Notes: generated by a model from the sequence alone, not told the origin. DNA of 64,000 nt from Bdellovibrionota bacterium (GCA_041391425.1 JAWKNZ010000002.1:3921-67920), one strand, 5' to 3'; counted from the first letter of the stretch, positions 28,921 through 39,793 are shown. Numbers and translations: made by a program.

Positions 28921-29843
28921 AGCTCATCCCTATATGCTTTTTGTAGTTCATCTATATTAAACTTTTTCATTTTTAAAAAAGCTTGTGCAACTCTCTTGAC
29001 TCTTTCTTGATTTCCACACGCCATCATATCACTTAACACTGCAGGTATAATCTGCCATGAAATACCAAATTTATCTTTAACCCATCCACACTGTTCTGCC
29101 TCAGGAACCGCCGAAAGATTCTCCCAATAATAATTAATTTCCTCCTGATCATTACAATTCACCACAAAAGAAATAGATTCATTAAATGTGAAATCATGTT
29201 TTAAGCCGGCATCCATAGCAATAAACCAGGTATTCTCTAACCTAAAATCGGAAAACATCACAGTTCCCTCTTTATTAGGCTCTTGATTTGCTCCATAAAA
29301 CAAAAGTTGCCCTGCTTTTGTATTCTTAAATACAGACTGATAAAACTGTCCAGCTGCGGCGGCCTGCCCTTGTCTATCATCCACAAAAAGAAGTGAGGGA
29401 ATAATAGATGGACGTTCATCTCCATTGGGATCACTAAGGATTAATTGCCAGGATAGTCCATATCTATCTTGGATCCAGCCATACCTTTCACTAAAAGGAT
29501 ACTTGCCAAGTGGCATAAGAATGCGACCCCCCTCAGACAACCTATCCCAAATATAGTCCAATTGTTTTTTGGCTTCCTCTCCCTGTGAAGAATCGATGTT
29601 TACGAGAAAAGAAATTGAAGGATTAAATTTAAACAAAGATCCAGCTGAAATGGCCATAAATTGACGATCCCAAAGTTCAAAAGAAACAACATCACAATTA
29701 CCCGAAGGTGTATCCTCCACAGTTGTTAAGTTCGTCACTTTCGAATTCGGAAAAATAGAAGTATAAAATTCAACTGCTTCCTGAGCTTCTTTGTCAAACC
29801 ATAAATGGGGGACTATTTTTGACATCTCTGCACTCCTTATCAC
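28917..29843 (-). CDS. Two-domain PhnB/3-dmu-9_3-mt-like VOC protein
   Basis: VPHLWFDKEAQEAVEFYTSIFPNS...DRYGLSWQL and a second repeat ending DKFGISWQI. It overlaps the downstream gene by 4 nt. Confidence 0.8.
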   Translation of the reverse strand: MIRSAEMSKIVPHLWFDKEAQEAVEFYTSIFPNSKVTNLTTVEDTPSGNCDVVSFELWDRQFMAISAGSLFKFNPSISFLVNIDSSQGEEAKKQLDYIWDRLSEGGRILMPLGKYPFSERYGWIQDRYGLSWQLILSDPNGDERPSIIPSLLFVDDRQGQAAAAGQFYQSVFKNTKAGQLLFYGANQEPNKEGTVMFSDFRLENTWFIAMDAGLKHDFTFNESISFVVNCNDQEEINYYWENLSAVPEAEQCGWVKDKFGISWQIIPAVLSDMMACGNQERVKRVAQAFLKMKKFNIDELQKAYRDEL

Positions 29844-30159
29844 TAATTTCTAGCTTTCAAGTTTCATAGGATATCAAAATATCTACTTGATGATAGATCA
29901 ACATGACATTGCAAAAATATATCGCAAACATTCTAATAAATAAAGCATCAGGAAAAAATAGATTACTCAGCCTGAAATTGTATGCAAGACAAGTCGCGTA
30001 AGCCTATGTGCCAAAGTTTCCAAAAGAAATATAAATATCTTCACATAAACACTATGTGAAGATGTGAAATTTAATAGGTAAGTTAACAAAAATATATATA
30101 ATTTTTCCAAATAAAAATTTGACAAACAAACTTAACGACGTGCAGCTAAAATATTTTCT

Positions 30160-30324
30160 GTAACTATTCAGCGTATTTTTTATCTGATCGACTCAAAGCC
30201 TTGACTGCCCGTCATCCTGATTGAAGCGAAAGATCTCGAAATTGCGAAATAGATCCTTCGCTTCACTCAGGATGACGATGTATCAAGCGACATATTGAAG
30301 GGAAAAGATACGCTGAGTAGTTAC
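30160..30324. repeat. 165-nt nested imperfect palindrome (long hairpin / MITE-like element)
   Basis: Outer arms gtaactattcagcgtat (30160-30176) / atacgctgagtagttac (30308-30324), 1 mismatch. Inner arms cgtcatcctgattgaagcgaaagatct (30210-30236) / agatccttcgcttcactcaggatgacg (30251-30277), 2 mismatches. 14-nt apical loop. Confidence 0.8.
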
Positions 30325-30552
30325 TATTTTCTTTAAAGAAGCAGAGATGAAAGAGATATATACTATGAAGAAAATCACTGCAAAAAACTAAAAAAATATC
30401 ATAAAATGATAATAAATTTTAAAGGTAGCAATAATCATAAAAACAATGCGGTTAAATTTAAATATTTTATCTTCAAAATAGCCCAACATCTCAGCACAAG
30501 CTAATGGATCGACTCGTCTACTGAAAACTTACGGTCAACCATTAAACTCCAA

Positions 30553-31491
30553 TTAAATCCTTTCTAAACGATCAAAATTCTTTAATATCAACAAAGTCTT
30601 AAAAGTTAAGTGCGAAGACCACTCTCGGCAAGCCATTGGCCAATGCATTGTATTATAATCTCCCCAATTCCAAAAGGGCATCCAGGAACCCTCTTCACTT
30701 TGATTTTCGATTTCAAAATCAAGATTTTCATTCACACACTCTTTCAGATAAGGATAGAGCATTGAATTTGGATTATCACAAAGAGATAATGGTCTGGCAC
30801 CATATCCACTCCATTTATTTCTATCTTTATCTACAATCCTTTCAGCTTGCGAAATTAAAATCGGCCTGATTTCTTCTCGCGTTAATTGATCCAAGTTTTC
30901 AGAATGAAAAAAGACTAAATAGCACATCAAGTCATGCATTTCAAAACTGCCCCCATCAGCCGCAATCGTTTCCAAAAGATATGCCTGCATTCGTTTCAAC
31001 AACGCAGATAATATTTCTTCAGGGATCAATCCTCTATAGTTCAGCAACAGCCCCGTAATTTCAGATGAAGGATTAGCTACACAGCCAGAAAACGCTGATA
31101 GGATATCATCAGCACCCCACCATGGAGCATGTGGACTATCTTTTCTACCTTCTGGGGCAATCACCCAGCGCCAATGCTGGCGATCAAGCGATGTTAAAAG
31201 ATAGGTGATAGTTTTACTAAGAATTTCATTTTCTCTATCAACATTGAGATTAACCATCTCCCTCAAAGCAATCGAAGTCGCTAAAGCGGAAGATAACGGA
31301 GTTCGCAAATCAGGCTCTAAGGAATTTCCAAAACCTCCATCCTCATTTTGATATTTAGCCAATTCATTCATCACTGCACTAGGTGAGCCATCTTCAAAAT
31401 GAAATTTAAAAAGCGCTACATCCAATGGACGCCCGTTTGCAAATAAAAATTTTCTAGCTTTATCAAAATTTTTGCTACTTAGTTTTTTCAT
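30553..31491 (-). CDS. Hypothetical protein with alpha/alpha-toroid (prenyltransferase/terpene-cyclase-like) flavour
   Basis: 312-aa ORF. LAKYQNEDGGFGNSLEPDLRTPLSSALATSIAL resembles the QxxDGGF repeat of toroid proteins. Assignment is tentative. Confidence 0.45.
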   Translation of the reverse strand: MKKLSSKNFDKARKFLFANGRPLDVALFKFHFEDGSPSAVMNELAKYQNEDGGFGNSLEPDLRTPLSSALATSIALREMVNLNVDRENEILSKTITYLLTSLDRQHWRWVIAPEGRKDSPHAPWWGADDILSAFSGCVANPSSEITGLLLNYRGLIPEEILSALLKRMQAYLLETIAADGGSFEMHDLMCYLVFFHSENLDQLTREEIRPILISQAERIVDKDRNKWSGYGARPLSLCDNPNSMLYPYLKECVNENLDFEIENQSEEGSWMPFWNWGDYNTMHWPMACREWSSHLTFKTLLILKNFDRLERI

Positions 31492-31646
31492 CGTTTCCCC
31501 CTTTGGGAAAATAATATTATATATTTACCCTCCAGTAACTTACAAAAAAGAAAATTCTTTTCAGAAATTAATAAAGCTTTATCTAAAATTTGGCACATAC
31601 ACATTTATTTCAGAAAAGACATAATCCATCACTCGATGAAACTAAC

Positions 31647-31952
31647 TTAAAACAAATCAATGCACTTAAAGTGACCAACAGCCAATAGAGACAAAGGTCT
31701 GCCATTAGTACTCCATACAGTTGTATGAGTAAAATCACCGACTTTAACCGCTAACTGATCCTCACAAGTTATCACTGCATTTCTCCATACCTCTGCTTCT
31801 TGAACTTGAATATTAGGATATCCGTAATATAAATTTTCCTCGCTCTTAATTTCAAAAATTTTTTTCTCTTCGTTAGCCTTGGCTAAACCTGCAAAGCCGA
31901 AAAATAAAGCAATAGTCATCACCAATAGTTTCATTATCTCTACCCCTTTCAA
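31647..31952 (-). CDS. Small secreted protein
   Basis: Signal peptide MKLLVMTIALFFGFAGLAKA (likely internal start). ~75-aa mature part with two Cys. Confidence 0.5.
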   Translation of the reverse strand: MKGVEIMKLLVMTIALFFGFAGLAKANEEKKIFEIKSEENLYYGYPNIQVQEAEVWRNAVITCEDQLAVKVGDFTHTTVWSTNGRPLSLLAVGHFKCIDLF

Positions 31953-32082
31953 TATTCATTATTAAGCCCATATATGAGCAATACCAAGGCTGCTATAGCT
32001 CCAATTTAACTATAAATAAAATAATTTTTCAGAATAGTTATAATAAATAATTTTAATAGGTTGATTAGATGAAAAGAAAAGG

Positions 32083-32598
32083 CTAAATACACGGAATTTG
32101 TAAATACAACTGATCATAATACTTATTATCTAGATCTCTTATACTTTCGTGCTCTCTTCCATACTCCTCAAATCCAAATTTTTTAAATAAATGAATTGCT
32201 GACACATGGAGTAGCAACCATAGCACGGACACCTCTAAGCATTTTTCAGCTCTAGCATCATCCAAGAAGCTGCTCAGTAACCTCGTCCCAATTCCCCTAC
32301 CTTGATAATTAGAGTCAACATCCCCCCACATACTAGCTTTATGATCGACACATTCACGACTCTCGGGAAGCATGACAATGATTCCTAAAAGACAATTTTC
32401 CTCAAAATAGCCTTTTACAAAAAACCGGGAATTGCCGCCACTATCCTTTAAAAGAGATAAATGTTTTTCCTTAGGACATTCTCTAAAAAATTTTGGCATT
32501 GAAGAATATGCAACGGGATTTTCTTCCAAGGACTTTAGCCTAATTCTGTAGTATTCATGAAAATCTTCTTCATTTAGATTTCTAATTATAGAGTCCAA
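32083..32598 (-). CDS. GNAT family N-acetyltransferase
   Basis: Acetyl-CoA motif A QGRGIGTRLL. 171 aa. Confidence 0.8.
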   Translation of the reverse strand: MDSIIRNLNEEDFHEYYRIRLKSLEENPVAYSSMPKFFRECPKEKHLSLLKDSGGNSRFFVKGYFEENCLLGIIVMLPESRECVDHKASMWGDVDSNYQGRGIGTRLLSSFLDDARAEKCLEVSVLWLLLHVSAIHLFKKFGFEEYGREHESIRDLDNKYYDQLYLQIPCI

Positions 32599-32772
32599 AT
32601 AAGACCATCAGGAAAAACTGTAGATTGTAGTCAAATGAAAATAAAGACGTCAAGGTTACATATGTTAATTAAAGTTCATATTTAAATCAAGCGTTTCGCA
32701 TCTCATTCAAATGTCAATAGTTTCACAGCTATTCTTTTCTAAACATTCTAATAAAGTCCATGGAAAATTGAA

Positions 32773-33237
32773 CTATTTATCTTTGTGCGACTTATTTATT
32801 TCAACCGATTCAATTTTCACATTCAATCCAGGTGTCTGATAATCCAATCCTGTAGGTGCATCTATTGCATTACGGGAGCATTTATTAATCAACTTCACAA
32901 TCTGAATTTTATTTTCTATAGCTCCTTGAGAAAGCTCAGCACCTTTAATCAGTACTTGTGCACTTTTATCTTTGACGTGCTTAATGCATAGGGATTTTTT
33001 TGCATTCTCTTCAAAATTGAAGTAAATACTTGGAATAAAAACAGACCCCTTATTGTTTAGAAATTGTTCGTATCTAGTCTTATCAATCCGCACTACATTC
33101 ATTGACAATTTATCGCTATTAGAATATGCAGGCTTTACAAAAAAGCTTAAAAGAAACAGAAAAGAAAATAGCAATTTTTTAAAAAATTCTAGCATTTTAG
33201 TGACTTCCTCATATTTCCATGCCATTGACGTCAACAC
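32773..33237 (-). CDS. Secreted protein, unknown function
   Basis: Hydrophobic leader FKKLLFSFLFLLSFFVKPAYS. Confidence 0.5.
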   Translation of the reverse strand: MLTSMAWKYEEVTKMLEFFKKLLFSFLFLLSFFVKPAYSNSDKLSMNVVRIDKTRYEQFLNNKGSVFIPSIYFNFEENAKKSLCIKHVKDKSAQVLIKGAELSQGAIENKIQIVKLINKCSRNAIDAPTGLDYQTPGLNVKIESVEINKSHKDK

Positions 33238-33504
33238 AGCGCCAACAATTTCATTGACGCTGTCATAGTAGATATTTATTTATCTTGAATGAGGTTCAAT
33301 GCCGCATCAGAAAAATCTTTGATATAACCGACAAAACCATCTTTAAAGTCTTCATAACCGTAACTTCGATTTATATCTGGATCTACACGGATAAGTGACG
33401 ACCAGAAAAATCCAGATTTTTCGTTAGTTTCAAATCTCCTATTAAAAGTCTTCGATGCCCACAATATTCTCATCGAGAAGGCAATTATTAACCGCACATC
33501 GTGC

Positions 33505-34383
33505 ATGAAGAATAGCCAAATTACTAAGGACGAGATGGACAGCAAGGGCATCCCTGCTACCATCATGTACCCAGCTGGCGGCGGTAAGCATCCAACTATT
33601 TTAGTATTGAGCGGCTCTGAAGGAGGAAAATCGTTAGAAAGAGCCTGTCTCCTTGCTTCAAAAGGTTTTACGACAATAGCCTTAGCCTATTTTAATTACA
33701 ATGGCTTACCAGATTATCTCATAAAGATTCCTCTTGAATATTTTCCGAAGCAGCTTGAGCAGTTACGTTTTCACAGAGCAGTAAATTTAGAAAATCTAGC
33801 TGTTACAGGTGCCTCAAAAGGGGGTGAACTATCCCTGCTTTTAGGTGCCCACTTTCAAATATTCAAAGCAGTAGTAGCTTATGTTCCAAGTGCTGTGGTT
33901 TGGAGTGGAATTGATTATACAGGCACAGCACCGATTCAATCTTCTTAGACCATAAAAAATCAGGAATTAGAATATTTAACTTTTGGGGCTCAAAATATCG
34001 ATTTTAGCTCTCCACCTTGGAGATTACGACTAGGATATAGCTCCCCTTTATCAGAATTTGATGTGTTAAGACGGGCGATAATTCCTGTAGAAAAAATTAA
34101 TGGACCTATTCTATTAATAACAGGTGACGATGATCAAATGTGGCCAAGTTCTACATTCGGCGACATGATTTCTACTAGGCTTTCAGCTTTAGATTTTAAT
34201 TATAATTTTCAACATCTTAGATATAATAATGCTGGCCATGTAATAATGGACAGCTTTTTGCCAACAACAGTATTTTCTTACGGCCCCTATATCATGGGCG
34301 GATCAGCCCAAGGGAATGCTATCGCTTCCAGAGATTCATGGCCAAAAGTTATAAACTTTTTACGACATGCACTACAAAATTAA
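33505..34383 (+). pseudogene. BAAT/acyl-CoA thioesterase C-terminal-type (dienelactone-hydrolase-like) serine hydrolase with in-frame TAG
   Basis: HPTILVLSGSEGG...LAVTGASKGGELSLLLG...ILLITGDDDQMWPS fits the BAAT_C family. Track ORFs 33505..33948 and 34063..34383 are in the same frame, interrupted only by TAG at 33946-33948 (context SS-TAG-TIKNQ, plausibly a former TGG). Confidence 0.7.
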
Positions 34384-34442
34384 CTAAAATGGTGAGCTTT
34401 TTAAGTAAGCTAACCAAGCACCCTATTACCATAAAATATCGT

Positions 34443-34928
34443 TTAACATTTTATCCTCAAAAGAATGTCAAGAGCCCAGCCATAATGAGATACCTCGCTA
34501 CGATCAGGAAGCCCGTTAAGGTCAAACCATTTTATTGCTTCAATATCTTTAGAGGTTGAAACTTTGGGGATATGATTAAGATTCACTACATAGCTGATCG
34601 GTAAATGCCAGGTTCTATCGTTTCCTCTAAATGATTCAAGGTATGCAATTCTTGGATGACTAATTTCGAGGTTTAATTGATTTTTAACAAGACTGATTGC
34701 GATATCCTCAGGATGGGTATTGTACGGAACAAGATCATGAGGGATAAACCAGCCTTTTTGATGGTCTGGACGATTTTTATACTTTACGAATAGTACCTTA
34801 CCATTAGCGAAAAGTACCATATTGACAATTAATTTTGGTTCTCGCCGATTCACTTTTACCTCCTGATTATATACATTTAGACAGAGTTGCAATTTAGACA
34901 GAAATTCAATATAAGTAAAATTAAACAA
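34443..34928 (-). CDS. NUDIX-fold-like protein with degenerate Nudix box
   Basis: GWFIPHDLVPYNTHPEDIAISLVKNQLNL aligns loosely to G.w.lPGG......E....aa.RE..EE.G, but the catalytic Glu residues are not conserved. Confidence 0.4.
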   Translation of the reverse strand: MFNFTYIEFLSKLQLCLNVYNQEVKVNRREPKLIVNMVLFANGKVLFVKYKNRPDHQKGWFIPHDLVPYNTHPEDIAISLVKNQLNLEISHPRIAYLESFRGNDRTWHLPISYVVNLNHIPKVSTSKDIEAIKWFDLNGLPDRSEVSHYGWALDILLRIKC

Positions 34929-34948
34929 TTTAACTCTTGGAGTAAGAA

Positions 34949-35867
34949 TTGTTAACTCTACCAGATTTCAATCGATTAAAGGTCTTTCATTTCGTTTATA
35001 AGACAGGAAGTATTCAAAAAGCAGCAGAAGAAATGCACGTTACCAGATCAGCTATCAGTCAAGCAATTAAGGCCCTGGAAATTGAGCTCGATTGTGAACT
35101 ATTTGTTAGAACCAACAAAACCATAATACCAACTATTCAAGCAGAGCGACTATCACAAACCATATCCCCATTTATTAGAGAACTGGGAGAAACTCTAATT
35201 TTTTTTTGAGAAAGGTAGAAACGAGCCTTACGGAACTATTAAAATTGGTGCTCCTGTGCAGTTTGGAACAAATATTTTAGTTAAAGAAATCGCAAAATTT
35301 AAAAAACAATATCCAAATACTAATTTTGAACTAGAGCTTGGCATTCCTCCTAAACTTCTTAAGAAAGTTTCTGAAAATCAACTTCACTTCGCTTTTGTTG
35401 ATAATGGTGATCATTTTACAGAGCAATATCCAGTTATGTTAGAGAACATATGGTCCGAGCAGTTTATACTTGTCGGATCAAAAAAATATTATAATAAGAA
35501 TATAAAAGGCGATCATAGCTTTAAACAAATAATAGAATGTAATTTTTTATCTTATGTAAACCATGGTCCTGTTCTAAAAATGTGGTTTAAACATCATTTT
35601 AAAAAATCCCCTACTCAGTTCAAAATCGGGCTTGTTGTTGAAAATGTTCACGGCATTATTAATGGGATTCAAGCAGACCTCGGCCTTGGAGTCGTACCAG
35701 ATTATCTTGTTGAACCTCGAATCAAAGAAGGCTCATTTATAAAAATAAATGTTAAGGACAAAGAGTTTAAAAACCAATTATCTTTAGTCCAATTACCAAA
35801 CAAAAAAACCACTTTAACAGAGAAAATATTTCTTTCAACTATTCGAGCTACATTAAAACAGTCATAG
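34949..35867 (+). pseudogene. LysR family regulator disrupted by a frameshift in a T9 tract
   Basis: HTH half (34949-35209: FNRLKVFHFVYKTGSIQKAAEEMHVTRSAISQAIKALE) and effector half (35256-35867) are in different frames. Deleting one T from T9 (35199-35207) gives ...LIFFEKGRNEPYGTIKIGAPVQFGTNIL, a normal LysR linker. Confidence 0.8.
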
Positions 35868-36265
35868 CCGAAAATTTCGATCCGACATGTTCGCGCTTTG
35901 AAATATATGACTGATATAATGATAATGTTCAGCTATGTAAAAAAATGATTAAGCTATCGCGTAATTTTAGAATTTTATGGCGACAAGTTATAGGCAGCGA
36001 CAAAGTTTGGGTTTAGAAAGATAACCAGAATTTATCTCCGCTCCATCGCTTCCTTAACTGAGTTTCACAACTATGAAGAACTTACAGGTGCAACACTGCA
36101 ACAAGTAAGCGGAAATTCACTTATATTTGATTTCCTGAATTACGAATTCTCAGAACGAGGAATCTCGTTCAAAACTAAATAGTTGCAGCTACAGAAAACA
36201 ATAAACTCATTCAAAATAGTGACCTTTGCGGAATGGGGTTGACCCAATTCAGACAACAAGAGGTG

Positions 36266-36796
36266 TCATAATAAATATTTCTCCATTCTAATATCGTCCC
36301 AGTATTTGCCATCCCAGTAAGTAAATTTATCAAGACGCCCAATTTCAATAAATCCTAATTTTTTATAAAACGCTTGAGCCCTATAATTAAACTCAAAAGT
36401 ACCTAGCTCAATTCTATTAGCTCCAAGTCTCCTAGATTCTTTTTCAAAATACTCCATTGCCATTTTTGCGACACCTCTTCCCCAATACTCTTTTTCTCCG
36501 ATAGTCAAACCCAACCAACTGGTTCCATTAATTTTCTTCATCAAATGGCCTGGATCTATTTGCAAAGAAAAATTACCAATAGGCTTATTATTATCAAAAA
36601 TTATATAAATTCCAGAAGAATATTCAGGGTTTTCAGCATATCTTTTTTTAAGGGATTCAAACGTATTGATTTCTGGCTTACTTTTATCTCTTACAGGAGT
36701 AATTAAATGATACAAGTCTTTATCATTTTCCCATCTGACTATAGACCTAATTTGCTCTTCATCATTTATATCAAGTTGTTTAATTTCTATATTCAT
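36266..36796 (-). CDS. GNAT family N-acetyltransferase (RimJ/RimL-like)
   Basis: Motif A WGRGVAKMAM. 176 aa. Confidence 0.8.
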   Translation of the reverse strand: MNIEIKQLDINDEEQIRSIVRWENDKDLYHLITPVRDKSKPEINTFESLKKRYAENPEYSSGIYIIFDNNKPIGNFSLQIDPGHLMKKINGTSWLGLTIGEKEYWGRGVAKMAMEYFEKESRRLGANRIELGTFEFNYRAQAFYKKLGFIEIGRLDKFTYWDGKYWDDIRMEKYLL

Positions 36797-37098
36797 TTCC
36801 TAAATTTTCCTTGTAAGCCGATAATACCCCCAAAAGGATTTTTAATTTGACATCGTCCTTCATTGCTTTCTAGCATCTCAATTGGCTCTCGATAAACAAT
36901 TCCACCCTGTCCAACAAAAATATTAATCACTTCTAAAAGGTGATTTATATATCAGTAATCAACACAGTCGCTAGTAGAAACTAGCGACATATTCTGCTTA
37001 ATGAAAACAAATTTACTATCAGCATGCTCCATAAAGAGAATTTTTGGGTCTTCATCAATTAAAGGGGTAAGGCTTCCACATTCAGATGAACTTCCCAT
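36793..37098 (-). pseudogene. Short VOC-like ORF with in-frame TGA, translationally coupled to the GNAT gene
   Basis: 102-codon frame MGSSSECGSL...DCVDY-TGA-YINHLLEV...GRCQIKNPFGGIIGL. TGA at 36952-36954. The terminal TGA overlaps the GNAT ATG (ATGA). The VOC call rests only on the DPfG-like C-terminal motif. Confidence 0.35.
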
Positions 37099-37446
37099 TG
37101 TTAACTATTAAACATTAGGCTTGGAAATACAGCACCTCATTGTCTAAATTCAGTAAAGCAAAGAAAACATCCATTAAGAGAGCGTTGCTAAAGAAAAATA
37201 ACCTAATATGCTGTCTATATAGTAGGCTCGCGACTATAAATATCACCTTGCAAAAAGATTGTGTTAAATGAAAAACATGCTTGAATTGCCTACATCCATC
37301 ACCTTTAGGTCTTATTGAAAAAAAATTTGACAGGCAAGAACAGATTAATTTACATAATTACAAAAAGTTACACACCTTCCGCTTCTGGAAAATAAATTGC
37401 ATATAGACTAAATAAGGTGAACAGCTGCGTTTAGCCTGTCACATGC

Positions 37447-38877
37447 ATGATCAAAAAAGGAGCGGGTATGAGCCGTCTGCAATTGGGAACTTTTTTATTT
37501 CTTTTAAGTTACTTATCATCTTGTGGTTCCCTGCAATCCTCAAGACCATCAAATACTAATCATAAATACCTAAAATCCCAAGAAGCCCTCGATCATCGCT
37601 CCCAACAGGGAGCCATAAAACTTATGAAACAGGTGGATGATTCATGGGTTCGATCGAAAATTTTTAATGGTCTTGAAGAGATAACAACTATTTTGGGCTT
37701 TATCAACAAAAGTAAGAAAGAAGAACTCATAGAAAAAAAAGGTTACAAAGAATTCTTTATTGAAACAGAAGAAGGAAGCGTTACACAAGCCTTGGTCAAA
37801 ATACCCCCAACACCAAGACCTTTTCTTATTGTAACGGGTGGATTAGCCTCTGAAGTGACCATGAGTGCATTTACCGACTACGCAATACCTATTGGAGAAA
37901 AATACGGGCTTGGCATAGTCTTATTAGAAGGAAACACCTCTGCCAATTGGACAAACAGAAAAGGCAACCAACGAATGGTACTTTCAGGGTATGAGGCTGG
38001 TTGGGAAATTTATATGACGATCAAAGAGCTTCATAAAATTCCGGAAATCGCCTCAAAAATGGCAGAAACTCACTTATTAGGCTTAAGTCTCGGTGGTAGC
38101 GACGTCGCCTACGTTTCCTACTTTGACTCATTAGATGAAGAAAAACGCTTTATTGATGGTGCGACCATAGGATGGAATGGCCCACTTTTACGCCATAAAG
38201 ATTTTCGTTATACGAGAGAAGGAGATGGACCTCTTTCTGACTTACTGAGAGAAAAAATCTACATAAAACACTATGATAGAATTAAATCCATTATAGATCG
38301 CTGGATGCCAGGTATAAGTAAAGATGATTACGTTAGAAATTTAGATACGGATATTTACCTAAAAAATATTTACTTCCCACAAACCAAACAATATCTAAAA
38401 ACTCACCCGCATCATTACACTAAAAAGGTAAATGGCAAATTTAAACTTCCATTCTTATTTGACGCTGAAACTTTTACATATAACCAGTATTTACGAATGG
38501 TTGACGTTAACGATTATCTCAATCATATAGAAAACCCTCTTCTATGGATTAGTAACGAAGATGATCCTCTCGTCCCCATTGAAAGCGTAAGAGAATTTTT
38601 AGCAGATCATAACCTTCCGTCCCACATAGCCGTATTGCAAAACAAGCAGGGCGGTCATTTAGGAGAGTCTTCCTATCGCGGAAAAGAGTGGGTTTACCAG
38701 ACTATTATGACTCAAATTGTATACTGGGGTCAATTCACCTATCCATACTACATGCAGTTCCAAAACCCCGAAGAGTGCAATTTGATGATCCACCGGCCTG
38801 ATCCTTTAAAATATAAACAAAAAAAATCCAAGCCTAAAAAATTTATTAATATTTGCAATATAAAACCATTTGAATAA
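37447..38877 (+). CDS. Alpha/beta-hydrolase-fold lipoprotein
   Basis: Lipobox LSYLSSCGS (likely start MSRLQLG at 37468). Nucleophile elbow LLGLSLGGS (GxSxG). Late DDP and GGH motifs. Confidence 0.7.
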   Translation: MIKKGAGMSRLQLGTFLFLLSYLSSCGSLQSSRPSNTNHKYLKSQEALDHRSQQGAIKLMKQVDDSWVRSKIFNGLEEITTILGFINKSKKEELIEKKGYKEFFIETEEGSVTQALVKIPPTPRPFLIVTGGLASEVTMSAFTDYAIPIGEKYGLGIVLLEGNTSANWTNRKGNQRMVLSGYEAGWEIYMTIKELHKIPEIASKMAETHLLGLSLGGSDVAYVSYFDSLDEEKRFIDGATIGWNGPLLRHKDFRYTREGDGPLSDLLREKIYIKHYDRIKSIIDRWMPGISKDDYVRNLDTDIYLKNIYFPQTKQYLKTHPHHYTKKVNGKFKLPFLFDAETFTYNQYLRMVDVNDYLNHIENPLLWISNEDDPLVPIESVREFLADHNLPSHIAVLQNKQGGHLGESSYRGKEWVYQTIMTQIVYWGQFTYPYYMQFQNPEECNLMIHRPDPLKYKQKKSKPKKFINICNIKPFE

Positions 38878-39205
38878 GAATTGTACGTAGGAGACTGGGG
38901 TATTAACCAACTATAATTATTGAAAACGCTTTGCAAGAGTGTCATGTATTTATTTGTTTTTTAGCTCTTATAGCCAAGAATTTACTTTTGAAAAAATTAC
39001 GAGAAGTTGACAAAGAAGCTCTTATCGTAAAACTATTGTGGACTTAAAAAGGTTACAAGCAATGAACCTCAAAATTCACAATAGTCACGTTACCATTAGA
39101 AGTGATGGGATGTTAGAAGCGCGGCAAGAAACTGTCTTGCAATCCTAACTAAAAAATCAAAATAAATGAGAACAAAATTAAGCCTCTCTATTAGGCAAAA
39201 ATAGC

Positions 39206-39793
39206 CTATAATTCATTTAATACTTTCAGAACTTGTGTGTCTAATTCTGTTGAAATATCGTCCTCTGTAGTTCCGCCCGCTTCGAAGTCTGCCGGAGGTA
39301 GCAGTCCGTCATCAGTTAATTTTGCAGAAACATATCGAGTGACATCGAGGTATTTATCACAATTTTCGTTAGCATTGTCTTCCACATTACTGCGATCACA
39401 AGATATGTCTGAGGAAGAGTCATTTACAATAAAAAACTCATAGTCCGAAGTTGTAATTTCTAAATTAATAATCCCAGTGTCTTCATTTGAAGTCGAAAGA
39501 ATATTATACAAACCAGAACGGCTCATATATTGAATACGATTTTTACAGTTAGAATCATTGTAAATTGATTGGGCGAATTCGAAGGAATTATTATTATATG
39601 TTTGAAAAATTGTAGTCCAAGTTTGTTGATTGGTAAGAGTAGTCGTTATGATAGCGCCTTCGCATGATGTGTATCCATAAATAGCTTCAAATTTTTTTGC
39701 TAATGTTTCATTATCGTTGTCGTCTTTGTCTTGGCCACAGCTATTTAATGAGACATAGATAGAAATAATGACTATGTGAATGTGAAATTTCAT
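39206..39793 (-). CDS. Lipoprotein, unknown function
   Basis: Lipobox VSLNSCGQ. Acidic, Cys-containing mature part. Directly downstream of the PLA2-like gene. Confidence 0.55.
   Translation of the reverse strand: MKFHIHIVIISIYVSLNSCGQDKDDNDNETLAKKFEAIYGYTSCEGAIITTTLTNQQTWTTIFQTYNNNSFEFAQSIYNDSNCKNRIQYMSRSGLYNILSTSNEDTGIINLEITTSDYEFFIVNDSSSDISCDRSNVEDNANENCDKYLDVTRYVSAKLTDDGLLPPADFEAGGTTEDDISTELDTQVLKVLNEL

Noticed and set aside
33276-33566. Minus-strand 96-aa ORF overlapping the start of the BAAT-type gene
   Set aside because: The N-terminal half is antisense to the hydrolase start. The C-terminal 50 aa look protein-like, but there is no motif, SD or conservation evidence. It is left unannotated.
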